A stretch of 64,000 bases of DNA, from the NCBI GenBank assembly GCA_964016885.1, contig OZ024742.1, forward strand, positions 161,510,001 to 161,574,000, in the 5' to 3' direction. The notes beneath the pieces are model-generated. The model was not told where the DNA came from and did no database searches. It saw nothing but the letters and a program-made list of their open reading frames with translations. The DNA is from Eledone cirrhosa. Lineage: Eukaryota. The translations under genes and the position numbers were made by a program. This document shows, piece by piece, positions 11,501 to 26,500 of this stretch. The stretch's first letter is position 1. Each line of letters opens with the position of its first letter.

Positions 11501-14500
11501 ATAAATGAAAGGTATAGAAAACACTGCAGCGAAAACCGAACAGCATTCCATAGTATATAAGTGACTATCGCGTCAAAATGGGAAAAATAGTTAACGTAAG
11601 ATGTGGGAAAAATAATTTAAACTCATCTCAAAGAGAATCAGGATATAAATTCATCCACAGAATTTAGTGAAATCCAGGGAAAAATCAATAGAGCCTTAAC
11701 TCATGATAAAATAAAGTTCAAAATACCTATCCTTCAATTTGGAAAAACTTCAAATGCTCTGTATAGTCTTAAGACTATTTCATGAAAACTTTCAGCGGAG
11801 ATGGTCACGGTTGGAATTCATCATCAGCAGAGCTCAACTCGATAACCAGGATTCTCGCAGATTAATATGCCAAAAAGGGAATTCTAAAGCTGGCCAGTCC
11901 AACGTCATGCATGATCACTAAAAACGCACATAAGGAAAAAAGGGCTATTGACGTCAGAATGAGACGAAAGTTTGTTTGCAAGAAACAACAGTCAAAAACA
12001 TTCCGAAAAAAACTCTACAGTAAGGAGTTCAGCAAAATGCAATATTATCGCAGTTTTTTATAAAAAAAAAAAACCGGGATTAGTCACAAATAATTTAAGC
12101 ACTCGAGGAAAATCCGAGTATAAATATATAAATGAAAGGTATAGAAAACACTGCTGCGAAAAGCGAACAGCATTCCATAGGATATAAGTGACTATAGCGT
12201 CAAAATGGGAAAAATAGTAAACGTAAGATGTGGGAAAACTAATTTAAACTCATCTCAAAAAGAATCAGGATTTAAATTCATCCACAGAATTTAGTGAAAT
12301 CCAGGGAAAAATCAATAGAGTCTTAACTCATGATAAAAGAAAGTTCAAAATACCTATCCTTCAGTTTGGAAAAACTTCAAATGCTCTGTATAGTCTTCAG
12401 ACTATTTCATGAAAACTTTCAGCGGAGATGTTCACGGTTGGAGTTCATCATCAGCAGAGCTCAACTCGATAACCAGGATTCTCGCAGATTAATATGCCAA
12501 AAAGGGAATTCTAAAGCTGGCCAGTCCAACGTCATGCGTGATCACGAAAAACGCACATGAGGAAAAAATGGCTATTGACGTCAGAATGAGACGAAAGTTT
12601 GTTTACAAGAAACAACAGTCAAAAACATTCCGAAAAAAACTCTACAGTAAGGAGTTCAGCAAAATGCAATATTATCGCAGTTTTTTATGAAAAAAAAACC
12701 GGGATTAGTCACAAATAATTTAAACACTCGAGGAAAATCCCAGTGTAAATATATAAATGAAAGGTATAGAAAAAACTGCAGCGAAAAGCGATCAGCATTC
12801 CATGGTATATAAGTGACTATAGCGTCAAAATGGGAAAAATAGTTAACGTAAGATGTGGGAAAAATAATTTAAACTCATCTCAAAGAGAATCAGGATATAA
12901 ATTCATCCACAGAATTTAGTAAAATCCAGGGAAAAATCAATAGAGCCTTAACTCATAATAAAATAAAGTTCAAAATACCTATCCTTCAATTTGGATAAAC
13001 TTCAAATGCTCTGTATAGTCTTAAGACTATTTCATGAAAACTTTCAGCGGAGATGGTCACGGTTGGAATTCATCATCAGCAGAGCTTTACTCTATAACCA
13101 GGATTCTCGCAGATTAATATGCCAAAAAGGGAATTCTAAAGCTGGCCAGTCCAACGTCATGCATGATCACTAAAAACGCACATAAGGAAAAAATGGCTAT
13201 TGACGTCAGAATGAGACGAAAGTTTGTTTGCAAGAAACAACAGTCAAAAACATTCCGAAAAAAACTCTACAGTAAGGAGTTCAGCAAAATGCAATATTAT
13301 CGCAGTTTTTTATAAAAAAAAAAAACCGGGATTAGTCACAAATAATTTAAGCACTCGAGGAAAATCCGAGTATAAATATATAAATGAAAGGTATAGAAAA
13401 CACTGCTGCGAAAAGCGAACAGCATTGCATAGGATATAAATGACTATAGCGTCAAAATGGGAAAAATAGTAAACGTAAGATGTGGGAAAACTAATTTAAA
13501 CTCATCTCAAAAAGAATCAGGATATAAATTCATCCACAGTATTTAGTGAAATCCAGGGAAAAATCAATAGAGTCTTAACTCATGATAAAATAAAGTTCAA
13601 AATACCTATCCTTCAATTTGGAAAAACTTCAAATGCTCTGTATAGTCTTCAGACTATTTCATGAAAACTTTCAGCGGTGATGGTCAGGGTTGGAGTTCAT
13701 CATCAGCAGAGCTCAACTCGATAACCAGGATTCTCGCAGATTAATATGCCAAAAAGGGAATTCTAAAGCTGGCCAGTCCAACGTCATGCGTGATCACAAA
13801 AAACGCACATCAGGAAAAAATGGCTATTGACGTCAGAATGAGACGAAAGTTTGTTTACGAGAAACAACAGTCAAAAACATTCCGAAAAAAACTCTACAGT
13901 AAGGAGTTCAGCAAAATGCAATATTATCGCAGTTTTTTATGAAAAAAAACCGGGATTAGTCAAATAATTTAAGCACTCGAAGAAAAATTCGAGTATAAAT
14001 ATATAAATGAAAGGTATAGAAAACACTGCAGTGAAAAGCGAACAGCATTCCATAGTATATAAGTGACTATAGCGTCAAAATGGGAAAAATAGTTATTGTA
14101 AGATGTGGGAAAAATAATTTAAACTCATCTCAAAGAGAATCAGGATATAAATTCATCCACAGAATTTAGTGAAATCCAGGGAAAAATCAATAGAGCCTTA
14201 ACTCATGATAAAATAAAGTTCAAAATACCTATCCTTCAATTTGGAAAAACTTCAAATGCTCTGTATAGTATTCAGACTATTTCATGAAAACTTTCAGCGG
14301 AGATGGTCACGGTTGGAATTCATCATCAGCAGAGCTCAACTCGATAACCAGGCTGGCCAGTCCAACATCATGCGTGATCACGAAAAACGCACATGAGGAT
14401 AAAATGGCTATTGACGTCAGAATGAGACGAAAGTTTGTTTACAAGAAACAACAGTCAAAAACATTCCGAAAAAAACTCTACAGTAAGGAGTTCAGCAAAA

Positions 14501-17500
14501 TGCAATATTATCGCAGTTTTATATAAAAAAACCCGGGATTAGTCAAATAATTTAAGCACTCGAGGAAAAATCCGAGTATAAATATATAAATGAAAGGTAT
14601 AGAAAACACTGCAGCGAAAACCGAACAGCATTCCATAGTATATAAGTGACTATCGCGTCAAAATGGGAAAAATAGTTAACGTAAGATGTGGGAAAAATAA
14701 TTTAAACTCATCTCAAAGAGAATCAGGATATAAATTCATCCACAGAATTTAGTGAAATCCAGGGAAAAATCAATAGAGCCTTAACTCATGATAAAATAAA
14801 GTTCAAAATACCTATCCTTCAATTTGGAAAAACTTCAAATGCTCTGTATAGTCTTAAGACTATTTCATGAAAACTTTCAGCGGAGATGGTCACGGTTGGA
14901 ATTCATCATCAGCAGAGCTCAACTCGATAACCAGGATTCTCGCAGATTAATATGCCAAAAAGGGAATTCTAAAGCTGGCCAGTCCAACGTCATGCATGAT
15001 CACTAAAAACGCACATAAGGAAAAAAGGGCTATTGACGTCAGAATGAGACGAAAGTTTGTTTGCAAGAAACAACAGTCAAAAACATTCCGAAAAAAACTC
15101 TACAGTAAGGAGTTCAGCAAAATGCAATATTATCGCAGTTTTTTATAAAAAAAAAAAACCGGGATTAGTCACAAATAATTTAAGCACTCGAGGAAAATCC
15201 GAGTATAAATATATAAATGAAAGGTATAGAAAACACTGCTGCGAAAAGCGAACAGCATTCCATAGGATATAAGTGACTATAGCGTCAAAATGGGAAAAAT
15301 AGTAAACGTAAGATGTGGGAAAACTAATTTAAACTCATCTCAAAAAGAATCAGGATTTAAATTCATCCACAGAATTTAGTGAAATCCAGGGAAAAATCAA
15401 TAGAGTCTTAACTCATGATAAAAGAAAGTTCAAAATACCTATCCTTCAGTTTGGAAAAACTTCAAATGCTCTGTATAGTCTTCAGACTATTTCATGAAAA
15501 CTTTCAGCGGAGATGTTCACGGTTGGAGTTCATCATCAGCAGAGCTCAACTCGATAACCAGGATTCTCGCAGATTAATATGCCAAAAAGGGAATTCTAAA
15601 GCTGGCCAGTCCAACGTCATGCGTGATCACGAAAAACGCACATGAGGAAAAAATGGCTATTGACGTCAGAATGAGACGAAAGTTTGTTTACAAGAAACAA
15701 CAGTCAAAAACATTCCGAAAAAAACTCTACAGTAAGGAGTTCAGCAAAATGCAATATTATCGCAGTTTTTTATGAAAAAAAAACCGGGATTAGTCACAAA
15801 TAATTTAAACACTCGAGGAAAATCCCAGTGTAAATATATAAATGAAAGGTATAGAAAAAACTGCAGCGAAAAGCGATCAGCATTCCATGGTATATAAGTG
15901 ACTATAGCGTCAAAATGGGAAAAATAGTTAACGTAAGATGTGGGAAAAATAATTTAAACTCATCTCAAAGAGAATCAGGATATAAATTCATCCACAGAAT
16001 TTAGTAAAATCCAGGGAAAAATCAATAGAGCCTTAACTCATAATAAAATAAAGTTCAAAATACCTATCCTTCAATTTGGATAAACTTCAAATGCTCTGTA
16101 TAGTCTTAAGACTATTTCATGAAAACTTTCAGCGGAGATGGTCACGGTTGGAATTCATCATCAGCAGAGCTTTACTCTATAACCAGGATTCTCGCAGATT
16201 AATATGCCAAAAAGGGAATTCTAAAGCTGGCCAGTCCAACGTCATGCATGATCACTAAAAACGCACATAAGGAAAAAATGGCTATTGACGTCAGAATGAG
16301 ACGAAAGTTTGTTTGCAAGAAACAACAGTCAAAAACATTCCGAAAAAAACTCTACAGTAAGGAGTTCAGCAAAATGCAATATTATCGCAGTTTTTTATAA
16401 AAAAAAAAAACCGGGATTAGTCACAAATAATTTAAGCACTCGAGGAAAATCCGAGTATAAATATATAAATGAAAGGTATAGAAAACACTGCTGCGAAAAG
16501 CGAACAGCATTGCATAGGATATAAATGACTATAGCGTCAAAATGGGAAAAATAGTAAACGTAAGATGTGGGAAAACTAATTTAAACTCATCTCAAAAAGA
16601 ATCAGGATATAAATTCATCCACAGTATTTAGTGAAATCCAGGGAAAAATCAATAGAGTCTTAACTCATGATAAAATAAAGTTCAAAATACCTATCCTTCA
16701 ATTTGGAAAAACTTCAAATGCTCTGTATAGTCTTCAGACTATTTCATGAAAACTTTCAGCGGTGATGGTCAGGGTTGGAGTTCATCATCAGCAGAGCTCA
16801 ACTCGATAACCAGGATTCTCGCAGATTAATATGCCAAAAAGGGAATTCTAAAGCTGGCCAGTCCAACGTCATGCGTGATCACAAAAAACGCACATCAGGA
16901 AAAAATGGCTATTGACGTCAGAATGAGACGAAAGTTTGTTTACGAGAAACAACAGTCAAAAACATTCCGAAAAAAACTCTACAGTAAGGAGTTCAGCAAA
17001 ATGCAATATTATCGCAGTTTTTTATGAAAAAAAACCGGGATTAGTCAAATAATTTAAGCACTCGAAGAAAAATTCGAGTATAAATATATAAATGAAAGGT
17101 ATAGAAAACACTGCAGTGAAAAGCGAACAGCATTCCATAGTATATAAGTGACTATAGCGTCAAAATGGGAAAAATAGTTATTGTAAGATGTGGGAAAAAT
17201 AATTTAAACTCATCTCAAAGAGAATCAGGATATAAATTCATCCACAGAATTTAGTGAAATCCAGGGAAAAATCAATAGAGCCTTAACTCATGATAAAATA
17301 AAGTTCAAAATACCTATCCTTCAATTTGGAAAAACTTCAAATGCTCTGTATAGTATTCAGACTATTTCATGAAAACTTTCAGCGGAGATGGTCACGGTTG
17401 GAATTCATCATCAGCAGAGCTCAACTCGATAACCAGGCTGGCCAGTCCAACATCATGCGTGATCACGAAAAACGCACATGAGGATAAAATGGCTATTGAC

Positions 17501-20500
17501 GTCAGAATGAGACGAAAGTTTGTTTACAAGAAACAACAGTCAAAAACATTCCGAAAAAAACTCTACAGTAAGTTGTTCAGCAAAATGCAATATTATCGCA
17601 GTTTTATATGAAATAAACCAAAAAAAAACCGGGATTAGTCACAAATAATTTAAGCACTCGAGGAAAAATCCGAGTATAAATATATAAATGAAAGGTATAG
17701 AAAATACTGCAGCGGAAAGCGAACAGCATTCCATAGTATATAAGTGACTATCGCGTCAAAATGTGAAAAATAGTTAACGTAAGATGTGGGAAAAATAATT
17801 TAAACTCATCTCAAAGAGAATCAGGATATAAATTCATCACAGAATTTAGTGAAATCCAGGGAAAAATCAATAGAGCCTTAACTCATGATAAAATAAAGTT
17901 CAAAATACCTATCCTTCAATTTGGAAAAACTTCAAATGCTCTGTATAGTCTTCAGACTATTTCATGAAAACTTTCAGCGGAGATGGTCACGTTTGGAATG
18001 CATCATCAGCAGAGCTCAACTCGATAACCAGGATTCTCGCAGATTAATATTGCCAAAAAGGGAATTCTAAAGCTGGCCAGTCCAACGTCTTGCATGATCA
18101 CGAAAAACGCACATGAGGAAAAAAAGGCTATTGACGTTAGAATGAGACGAAAGTTTGTTTACAAGAAACAACAGTCAAAAACATTCCGAAAAAAACTCTA
18201 CAGTAAGGAGTTCAGCAAAATGCAATATTATCGCAGTTTTTTATTAAAAAAAAAACCGGGATTAGTCACAAATAATTTAAGCACTCGAGGAAAATCCGAG
18301 TATAAATATATAAATGAAAGGTATAGAAAACACTGCAGCGAAAACCGAACAGCATTCCATAGTATATAAGTGACTATCGCGTCAAAATGGGAAAAATAGT
18401 TAACGTAAGATGTGGGAAAAATAATTTAAACTCATCTCAAAGAGAATCAGGATATAAATTCATCCACAGAATTTAGTGAAATCCAGGGAAAAATCAATAG
18501 AGCCTTAACTCATGATAAAATAAAGTTCAAAATACCTATCCTTCAATTTGGAAAAACTTCAAATGCTCTGTATAGTCTTAAGACTATTTCATGAAAACTT
18601 TCAGCGGAGATGGTCACGGTTGGAATTCATCATCAGCAGAGCTCAACTCGATAACCAGGATTCTCGCAGATTAATATGCCAAAAAGGGAATTCTAAAGCT
18701 GGCCAGTCCAACGTCATGCATGATCACTAAAAACGCACATAAGGAAAAAATGGCTATTGACGTCAGAATGAGACGAAAGTTTGTTTGCAAGAAACAACAG
18801 TCAAAAACATTCCGAAAAAAACTCTACAGTAAGGAGTTCAGCAAAATGCAATATTATCGCAGTTTTTTATAAAAAAAAAAAACCGGGATTAGTCACAAAT
18901 AATTTAAGCACTCGAGGAAAATCCGAGTATAAATATATAAATGAAAGGTATAGAAAACACTGCTGCGAAAAGCGAACAGCATTCCATAGTATTTAAGTGA
19001 CTATAGCGTCAAAATGGGAAAAATAGTAAACGTAAGATGTGGGAAAACTAATTTAAACTCATCTCAAAAAGAATCAGGATTTAAATTCATCCACAGAATT
19101 TAGTGAAATCCAGGGAAAAATCAATAGAGTCTTAACTCATGATAAAAGAAAGTTCAAAATACCTATCCTTCAGTTTGGAAAAACTTCAAATGCTCTGTAT
19201 AGTCTTCAGACTATTTCATGAAAACTTTCAGCGGAGATGTTCACGGTTGGAGTTCATCATCAGCAGAGCTCAACTCGATAACCAGGATTCTCGCAGATTA
19301 ATATGCCAAAAAGGGAATTCTAAAGCTGGCCAGTCCAACGTCATGCGTGATCACGAAAAACGCACATGAGGAAAAAATGGCTATTGACGTCAGAATGAGA
19401 CGAAAGTTTGTTTACAAGAAACAACAGTCAAAAACATTCCGAAAAAAACTCTACAGTAAGGAGTTCAGCAAAATGCAATATTATCGCAGTTTTTTATGAA
19501 AAAAAAACCGGGATTAGTCACAAATAATTTAAACACTCGAGGAAAATCCGAGTATAAATATATAAATGAAAGGTATAGAAAAAACTGCAGCGAAAAGCGA
19601 TCAGCATTCCATGGTATATAAGTGACTATAGCGTCAAAATGGGAAAAATAGTTAACGTAAGATGTGGGAAAAATAATTTAAACTCATCTCAAAGAGAATC
19701 AGGATATAAATTCATCCACAGAATTTAGTAAAATCCAGGGAAAAATCAATAGAGCCTTAACTCATAATAAAATAAAGTTCAAAATACCTATCCTTCAATT
19801 TGGATAAACTTCAAATGCTCTGTATAGTCTTAAGACTATTTCATGAAAACTTTCAGCGGAGATGGTCACGGTTGGAATTCATCATCAGCAGAGCTTTACT
19901 CTATAACCAGGATTCTCGCAGATTAATATGCCAAAAAGGGAATTCTAAAGCTGGCCAGTCCAACGTCATGCATGATCACTAAAAACGCACATAAGGAAAA
20001 AATGGCTATTGACGTCAGAATGAGACGAAAGTTTGTTTGCAAGAAACAACAGTCAAAAACATTCCGAAAAAAACTCTACAGTAAGGAGTTCAGCAAAATG
20101 CAATATTATCGCAGTTTTTTATTAAAAAAAAAAACCGGGATTAGTCACAAATAATTTAAGCACTCGAGGAAAATCCGAGTATAAATATATAAATGAAAGG
20201 TATAGAAAACACTGCTGCGAAAAGCGAACAGCATTGCATAGGATATAAATGACTATAGCGTCAAAATGGGAAAAATAGTAGACGTAAGATGTGGGAAAAC
20301 TAATTTAAACTCATCTCAAAAAGAATCAGGATATAAATTCATCCACAGTATTTAGTGAAATCCAGGGAAAAATCAATAGAGTCTTAACTCATGATAAAAT
20401 AAAGTTCAAAATACCTATCCTTCAATTTGGAAAAACTTCAAATGCTCTGTATAGTCTTCAGACTATTTCATGAAAACTTTCAGCGGTGATGGTCAGGGTT

Positions 20501-23500
20501 GGAGTTCATCATCAGCAGAGCTCAACTCGATAACCAGGATTCTCGCAGATTAATATGCCAAAAAGGGAATTCTAAAGCTGGCCAGTCCAACGTCATGCGT
20601 GATCACAAAAAACGCACATCAGGAAAAAATGGCTATTGACGTCAGAATGAGACGAAAGTTTGTTTACGAGAAACAACAGTCAAAAACATTCCGAAAAAAA
20701 CTCTACAGTAAGGAGTTCAGCAAAATGCAATATTATCGCAGTTTTTTATGAAAAAAAACCGGGATTAGTCAAATAATTTAAGCACTCGAAGAAAAATCCG
20801 AGTATAAATATATAAATGAACGGTATAGAAAACACTGCAGTGAAAAGCGAACAGCATTCCATAGTATATAAGTGACTATAGCGTCAAAATGGGAAAAATA
20901 GTTATTGTAAGATGTGGGAAAAATAATTTAAACTCATCTCAAAGAGAATCAGGATATAAATTCATCCACAGAATTTAGTGAAATCCAGGGAAAAATCAAT
21001 AGAGCCTTAACTCATGATAAAATAAAGTTCAAAATACCTATCCTTCAATTTGGAAAAACTTCAAATGCTCTGTATAGTATTCAGACTATTTCATGAAAAC
21101 TTTCAGCGGAGATGGTCACGGTTGGAATTCATCATCAGCAGAGCTCAACTCGATAACCAGGCTGGCCAGTCCAACATCATGCGTGATCACGAAAAACGCA
21201 CATGAGGATAAAATGGCTATTGACGTCAGAATGAGACGAAAGTTTGTTTACAAGAAACAACAGTCAAAAACATTCCGAAAAAAACTCTACAGTAAGTTGT
21301 TCAGCAAAATGCAATATTATCGCAGTTTTATATAAAATAAACCAAAAAAAAACCGGGATTAGTCACAAATAATTTAAGCACTCGAGGAAAAATCCGAGTA
21401 TAAATATATAAATGAAAGGTATAGAAAATACTGCAGCGAAAAGCGAACAGCATTCCATAGTATATAAGTGACTATCGCGTCAAAATGTGAAAAATAGTTA
21501 ACGTAAGATGTGGGAAAAATAATTTAAACTCATCTCAAAGAGAATCAGGATATAAATTCATCCACAGAATTTAGTGAAATCCAGGGAAAAATCAATAGAG
21601 CCTTAACTCATGATAAAATAAAGTTCAAAATACCTATCTTTCAATTTGGAAAAACTTCAAATGCTCTGTATAGTCTTAAGACTATTTCATGAAAACTTTC
21701 AGCGGAGATGGTCACGGTTGGAATTCATCATCAGCAGAGCTCAACTCGATAACCAGGATTCTCGCAGATTAATATTGCCAAAAAGGAAATTCTAATGCTG
21801 GCCAGTCCAAAATCATGCGTGATCACGAAAAACGCACATGAGGAAAAAATAGCTATTGACGTCAGAATGAGACGAAAGTTTGTTTACAAGATACAACAGT
21901 CAAAAACATTCCGAAAAAAACTCTACAGTAAGGAGTTCAGCAAAATGCAATATTATCGCAGTTTTTTATTAAAAAAAAAACCAGGATTAGTCACAAATAA
22001 TTTAAACACTCGAGGAAAATCCGAGTATAAATATATAAATGAAAGGTATAGAAAAAACTGCAGCGAAAAGCGAACAGCATCCCATAGTATATAAGTGACT
22101 ATAGCGTCAAAATGGGAAAAATAGTTAACGTAAGATGTGGGAAAAATAATTTAAACTCATCTCAAAAAGAATCAGGATATAAATTCATCCACAGAATTTA
22201 GTGAAATCCAGGGAAAAATCAATAGAGTTTTAACTCATGATAAAAGAAAGTTCAAAATACCTATCCTTCAATTTGGAAAAACTTCAAATGCTCTGTATAG
22301 TCTTCAGACTATTTCATGAAAACTTTCAGCGGAGATGTTCACGGTTGGAGTTCATCATCAGCAGAGCTCAACTCGATAACCAGGATTCTCGCAGATTAAT
22401 ATGCCAAAAAGGGAATTCTAAAGCTGGCCAGTCCAACGTCATGCGTGATCACGAAAAACGCACATGAGGAAAAAATGGCTATTGACGTCAGAATGAGACG
22501 AAAGTTTGTTTACAAGAAACAACAGTCAAAAACATTCCGAAAAAAACTCTACAGTAAGGAGTTCAGCAAAATGCAATATTATCGCAGTTTTTTATGAAAA
22601 AAAAACTGGGATTAGTCACAAATAATTTAAACACTCGAGGAAAATCCGAGTATAAATATATAAATGAAAGGTATAGAAAAAACCGCAGCGAAAAGCGATC
22701 AGCATTCCATAGTATATAAGTGACTATAGCGTCAAAATGGGAAAAATAGTTAACGTAAGATGTGGGAAAAATAATTTAAACTCATCTCAAAGAGAATCAG
22801 GATATAAATTCATCCACAGAATTTAGTGAAATCCAGGGAAAAATCAATAGAGCCTTAACTCATGATAAAATAAAGTTCAAAATACCTATCCTTCAATTTG
22901 GAAAAACTTCAAATGCTCTGTATAGTCTTAAGACTATTTCATGAAAACTTTCAGCGGAGATGGTCACGGTTGGAATTCATCATCAGCAGAGCTCAACTCG
23001 ATAACCAGGATTCTCGCAGATTAATATGCCAAAAAGGGAATTCTAAAGCTGGCCAGTCCAACGTCATGCGTGATCACTAAAAACGCACATGAGGAAAAAA
23101 TGGCTATTGACGTCAGAATGAGACGAAAGTTTGTTTACAAGAAACAACAGTCAAAAACATTCCGAAAAAAACTCTACAGTAAGGAGTTCAGCAAAATGCA
23201 ATATTATCGCAGTTTTTTATGAAAAAAAAACCGGGATTAGTCACAAATAATTTAAACACTCGAGGAAAATCCGAGTATAAATATATAAATGAAAGGTATA
23301 GAAAAAACTGCAGCGAAAAGCGATCAGCATTCCATGGTATATAAGTGACTATAGCGTCAAAATGGGAAAAATAGTTAACGTAAGATGTGGGAAAAATAAT
23401 TTAAACTCATCTCAAAGAGAATCAGGATATAAATTCATCCACAGAATTTAGTAAAATCCAGGGAAAAATCAATAGAGCCTTAACTCATAATAAAATAAAG

Positions 23501-26500
23501 TTCAAAATACCTATCCTTCAATTTGGATAAACTTCAAATGCTCTGTATAGTCTTAAGACTATTTCATGAAAACTTTCAGCGGAGATGGTCACGGTTGGAA
23601 TTCATCATCAGCAGAGCTTTACTCTATAACCAGGATTCTCGCAGATTAATATGCCAAAAAGGGAATTCTAAAGCTGGCCAGTCCAACGTCATGCATGATC
23701 ACTAAAAACGCACATAAGGAAAAAATGGCTATTGACGTCAGAATGAGACGAAAGTTTGTTTGCAAGAAACAACAGTCAAAAACATTCCGAAAAAAACTCT
23801 ACAGTAAGGAGTTCAGCAAAATGCAATATTATCGCAGTTTTTTATAAAAAAAAAAAACCGGGATTAGTCACAAATAATTTAAGCACTTGAGGAAAATCCG
23901 AGTATAAATATATAAATGAAAGGTATAGAAAACACTGCTGCGAAAAGCGAACAGCATTCCATAGGATATAAATGACTATAGCGTCAAAATGGGAAAAATA
24001 GTAAACGTAAGATGTGGGAAAACTAATTTAAACTCATCTCAAAAAGAATCAGGATATAAATTCATCCACAGTATTTAGTGAAATCCAGGGAAAAATCAAT
24101 AGAGTCTTAACTCATGATAAAATAAAGTTCAAAATACCTATCCTTCAATTTGGAAAAACTTCAAATGCTCTGTATAGTCTTCAGACTATTTCATGAAAAC
24201 TTTCAGCGGTGATGGTCAGGGTTGGAGTTCATCATCAGCAGAGATCAACTCGATAACCAGGATTCTCGCAGATTAATATGCCAAAAAGGGAATTCTAAAG
24301 CTGGCCAGTCCAACGTCATGCATGATCACAAAAAACGCACATCAGGAAAAAATGGCTATTGACGTCAGAATGAGACGAAAGTTTGTTTACGAGAAACAAC
24401 AGTCAAAAACATTCCGAAAAAAACTCTACAGTAAGGAGTTCAGCAAAATGCAATATTATCGCAGTTTTTTATGAAAAAAAACCGGGATTAGTCAAATAAT
24501 TTAAGCACTCGAAGAAAAATCCGAGTATAAATATATAAATGAAAGGTATAGAAAACACTGCAGTGAAAAGCGAACAGCATTCCATAGTATATAAGTGACT
24601 ATAGCGTCAAAATGGGAAAAATAGTTATTGTAAGATGTGGGAAAAATAATTTAAACTCATCTCAAAGAGAATCAGGATATAAATTCATCCACAGAATTTA
24701 GTGAAATCCAGGAAAAAATCAATAGAGCCTTAACTCATGATAAAATAAAGTTCAAAATACCTATCCTTCAATTTGGAAAAACTTCAAATGCTCTGTATAG
24801 TCTTAAGACTATTTCATGAAAACTTTCAGCGGAGATGGTCACGGTTGGAATTCATCATCAGCAGAGCTCAACTCGATAACCAGGATTCTCGCAGATTAAT
24901 ATTGCCAAAAAGGAAATTCTAATGCTGGCCAGTCCAAAATCATGCGTGATCACGAAAAACGCACATGAGGAAAAAATAGCTATTGACGTCAGAATGAGAC
25001 GAAAGTTTGTTTACAAGATACAACAGTCAAAAACATTCCGAAAAAAACTCTACAGTAAGGAGTTCAGCAAAATGCAATATTATCGCAGTTTTTTATTAAA
25101 AAAAAAACCAGGATTAGTCACAAATAATTTAAACACTCGAGGAAAATCCGAGTATAAATATATAAATGAAAGGTATAGAAAAAACTGCAGCGAAAAGCGA
25201 ACAGCATCCCATAGTATATAAGTGACTATAGCGTCAAAATGGGAAAAATAGTTAACGTAAGATGTGGGAAAAATAATTTAAACTCATCTCAAAAAGAATC
25301 AGGATATAAATTCATCCACAGAATTTAGTGAAATCCAGGGAAAAATCAATAGAGTTTTAACTCATGATAAAAGAAAGTTCAAAATACCTATCCTTCAATT
25401 TGGAAAAACTTCAAATGCTCTGTATAGTCTTCAGACTATTTCATGAAAACTTTCAGCGGAGATGTTCACGGTTGGAGTTCATCATCAGCAGAGCTCAACT
25501 CGATAACCAGGATTCTCGCAGATTAATATGCCAAAAAGGGAATTCTAAAGCTGGCCAGTCCAACGTCATGCGTGATCACGAAAAACGCACATGAGGAAAA
25601 AATGGCTATTGACGTCAGAATGAGACGAAAGTTTGTTTACAAGAAACAACAGTCAAAAACATTCCGAAAAAAACTCTACAGTAAGGAGTTCAGCAAAATG
25701 CAATATTATCGCAGTTTTTTATGAAAAAAAAACTGGGATTAGTCACAAATAATTTAAACACTCGAGGAAAATCCGAGTATAAATATATAAATGAAAGGTA
25801 TAGAAAAAACCGCAGCGAAAAGCGATCAGCATTCCATAGTATATAAGTGACTATAGCGTCAAAATGGGAAAAATAGTTAACGTAAGATGTGGGAAAAATA
25901 ATTTAAACTCATCTCAAAGAGAATCAGGATATAAATTCATCCACAGAATTTAGTGAAATCCAGGGAAAAATCAATAGAGCCTTAACTCATGATAAAATAA
26001 AGTTCAAAATACCTATCCTTCAATTTGGAAAAACTTCAAATGCTCTGTATAGTCTTAAGACTATTTCATGAAAACTTTCAGCGGAGATGGTCACGGTTGG
26101 AATTCATCATCAGCAGAGCTCAACTCGATAACCAGGATTCTCGCAGATTAATATGCCAAAAAGGGAATTCTAAAGCTGGCCAGTCCAACGTCATGCGTGA
26201 TCACTAAAAACGCACATGAGGAAAAAATGGCTATTGACGTCAGAATGAGACGAAAGTTTGTTTACAAGAAACAACAGTCAAAAACATTCCGAAAAAAACT
26301 CTACAGTAAGGAGTTCAGCAAAATGCAATATTATCGCAGTTTTTTATGAAAAAAAAACCGGGATTAGTCACAAATAATTTAAACACTCGAGGAAAATCCG
26401 AGTATAAATATATAAATGAAAGGTATAGAAAAAACTGCAGCGAAAAGCGATCAGCATTCCATGGTATATAAGTGACTATAGCGTCAAAATGGGAAAAATA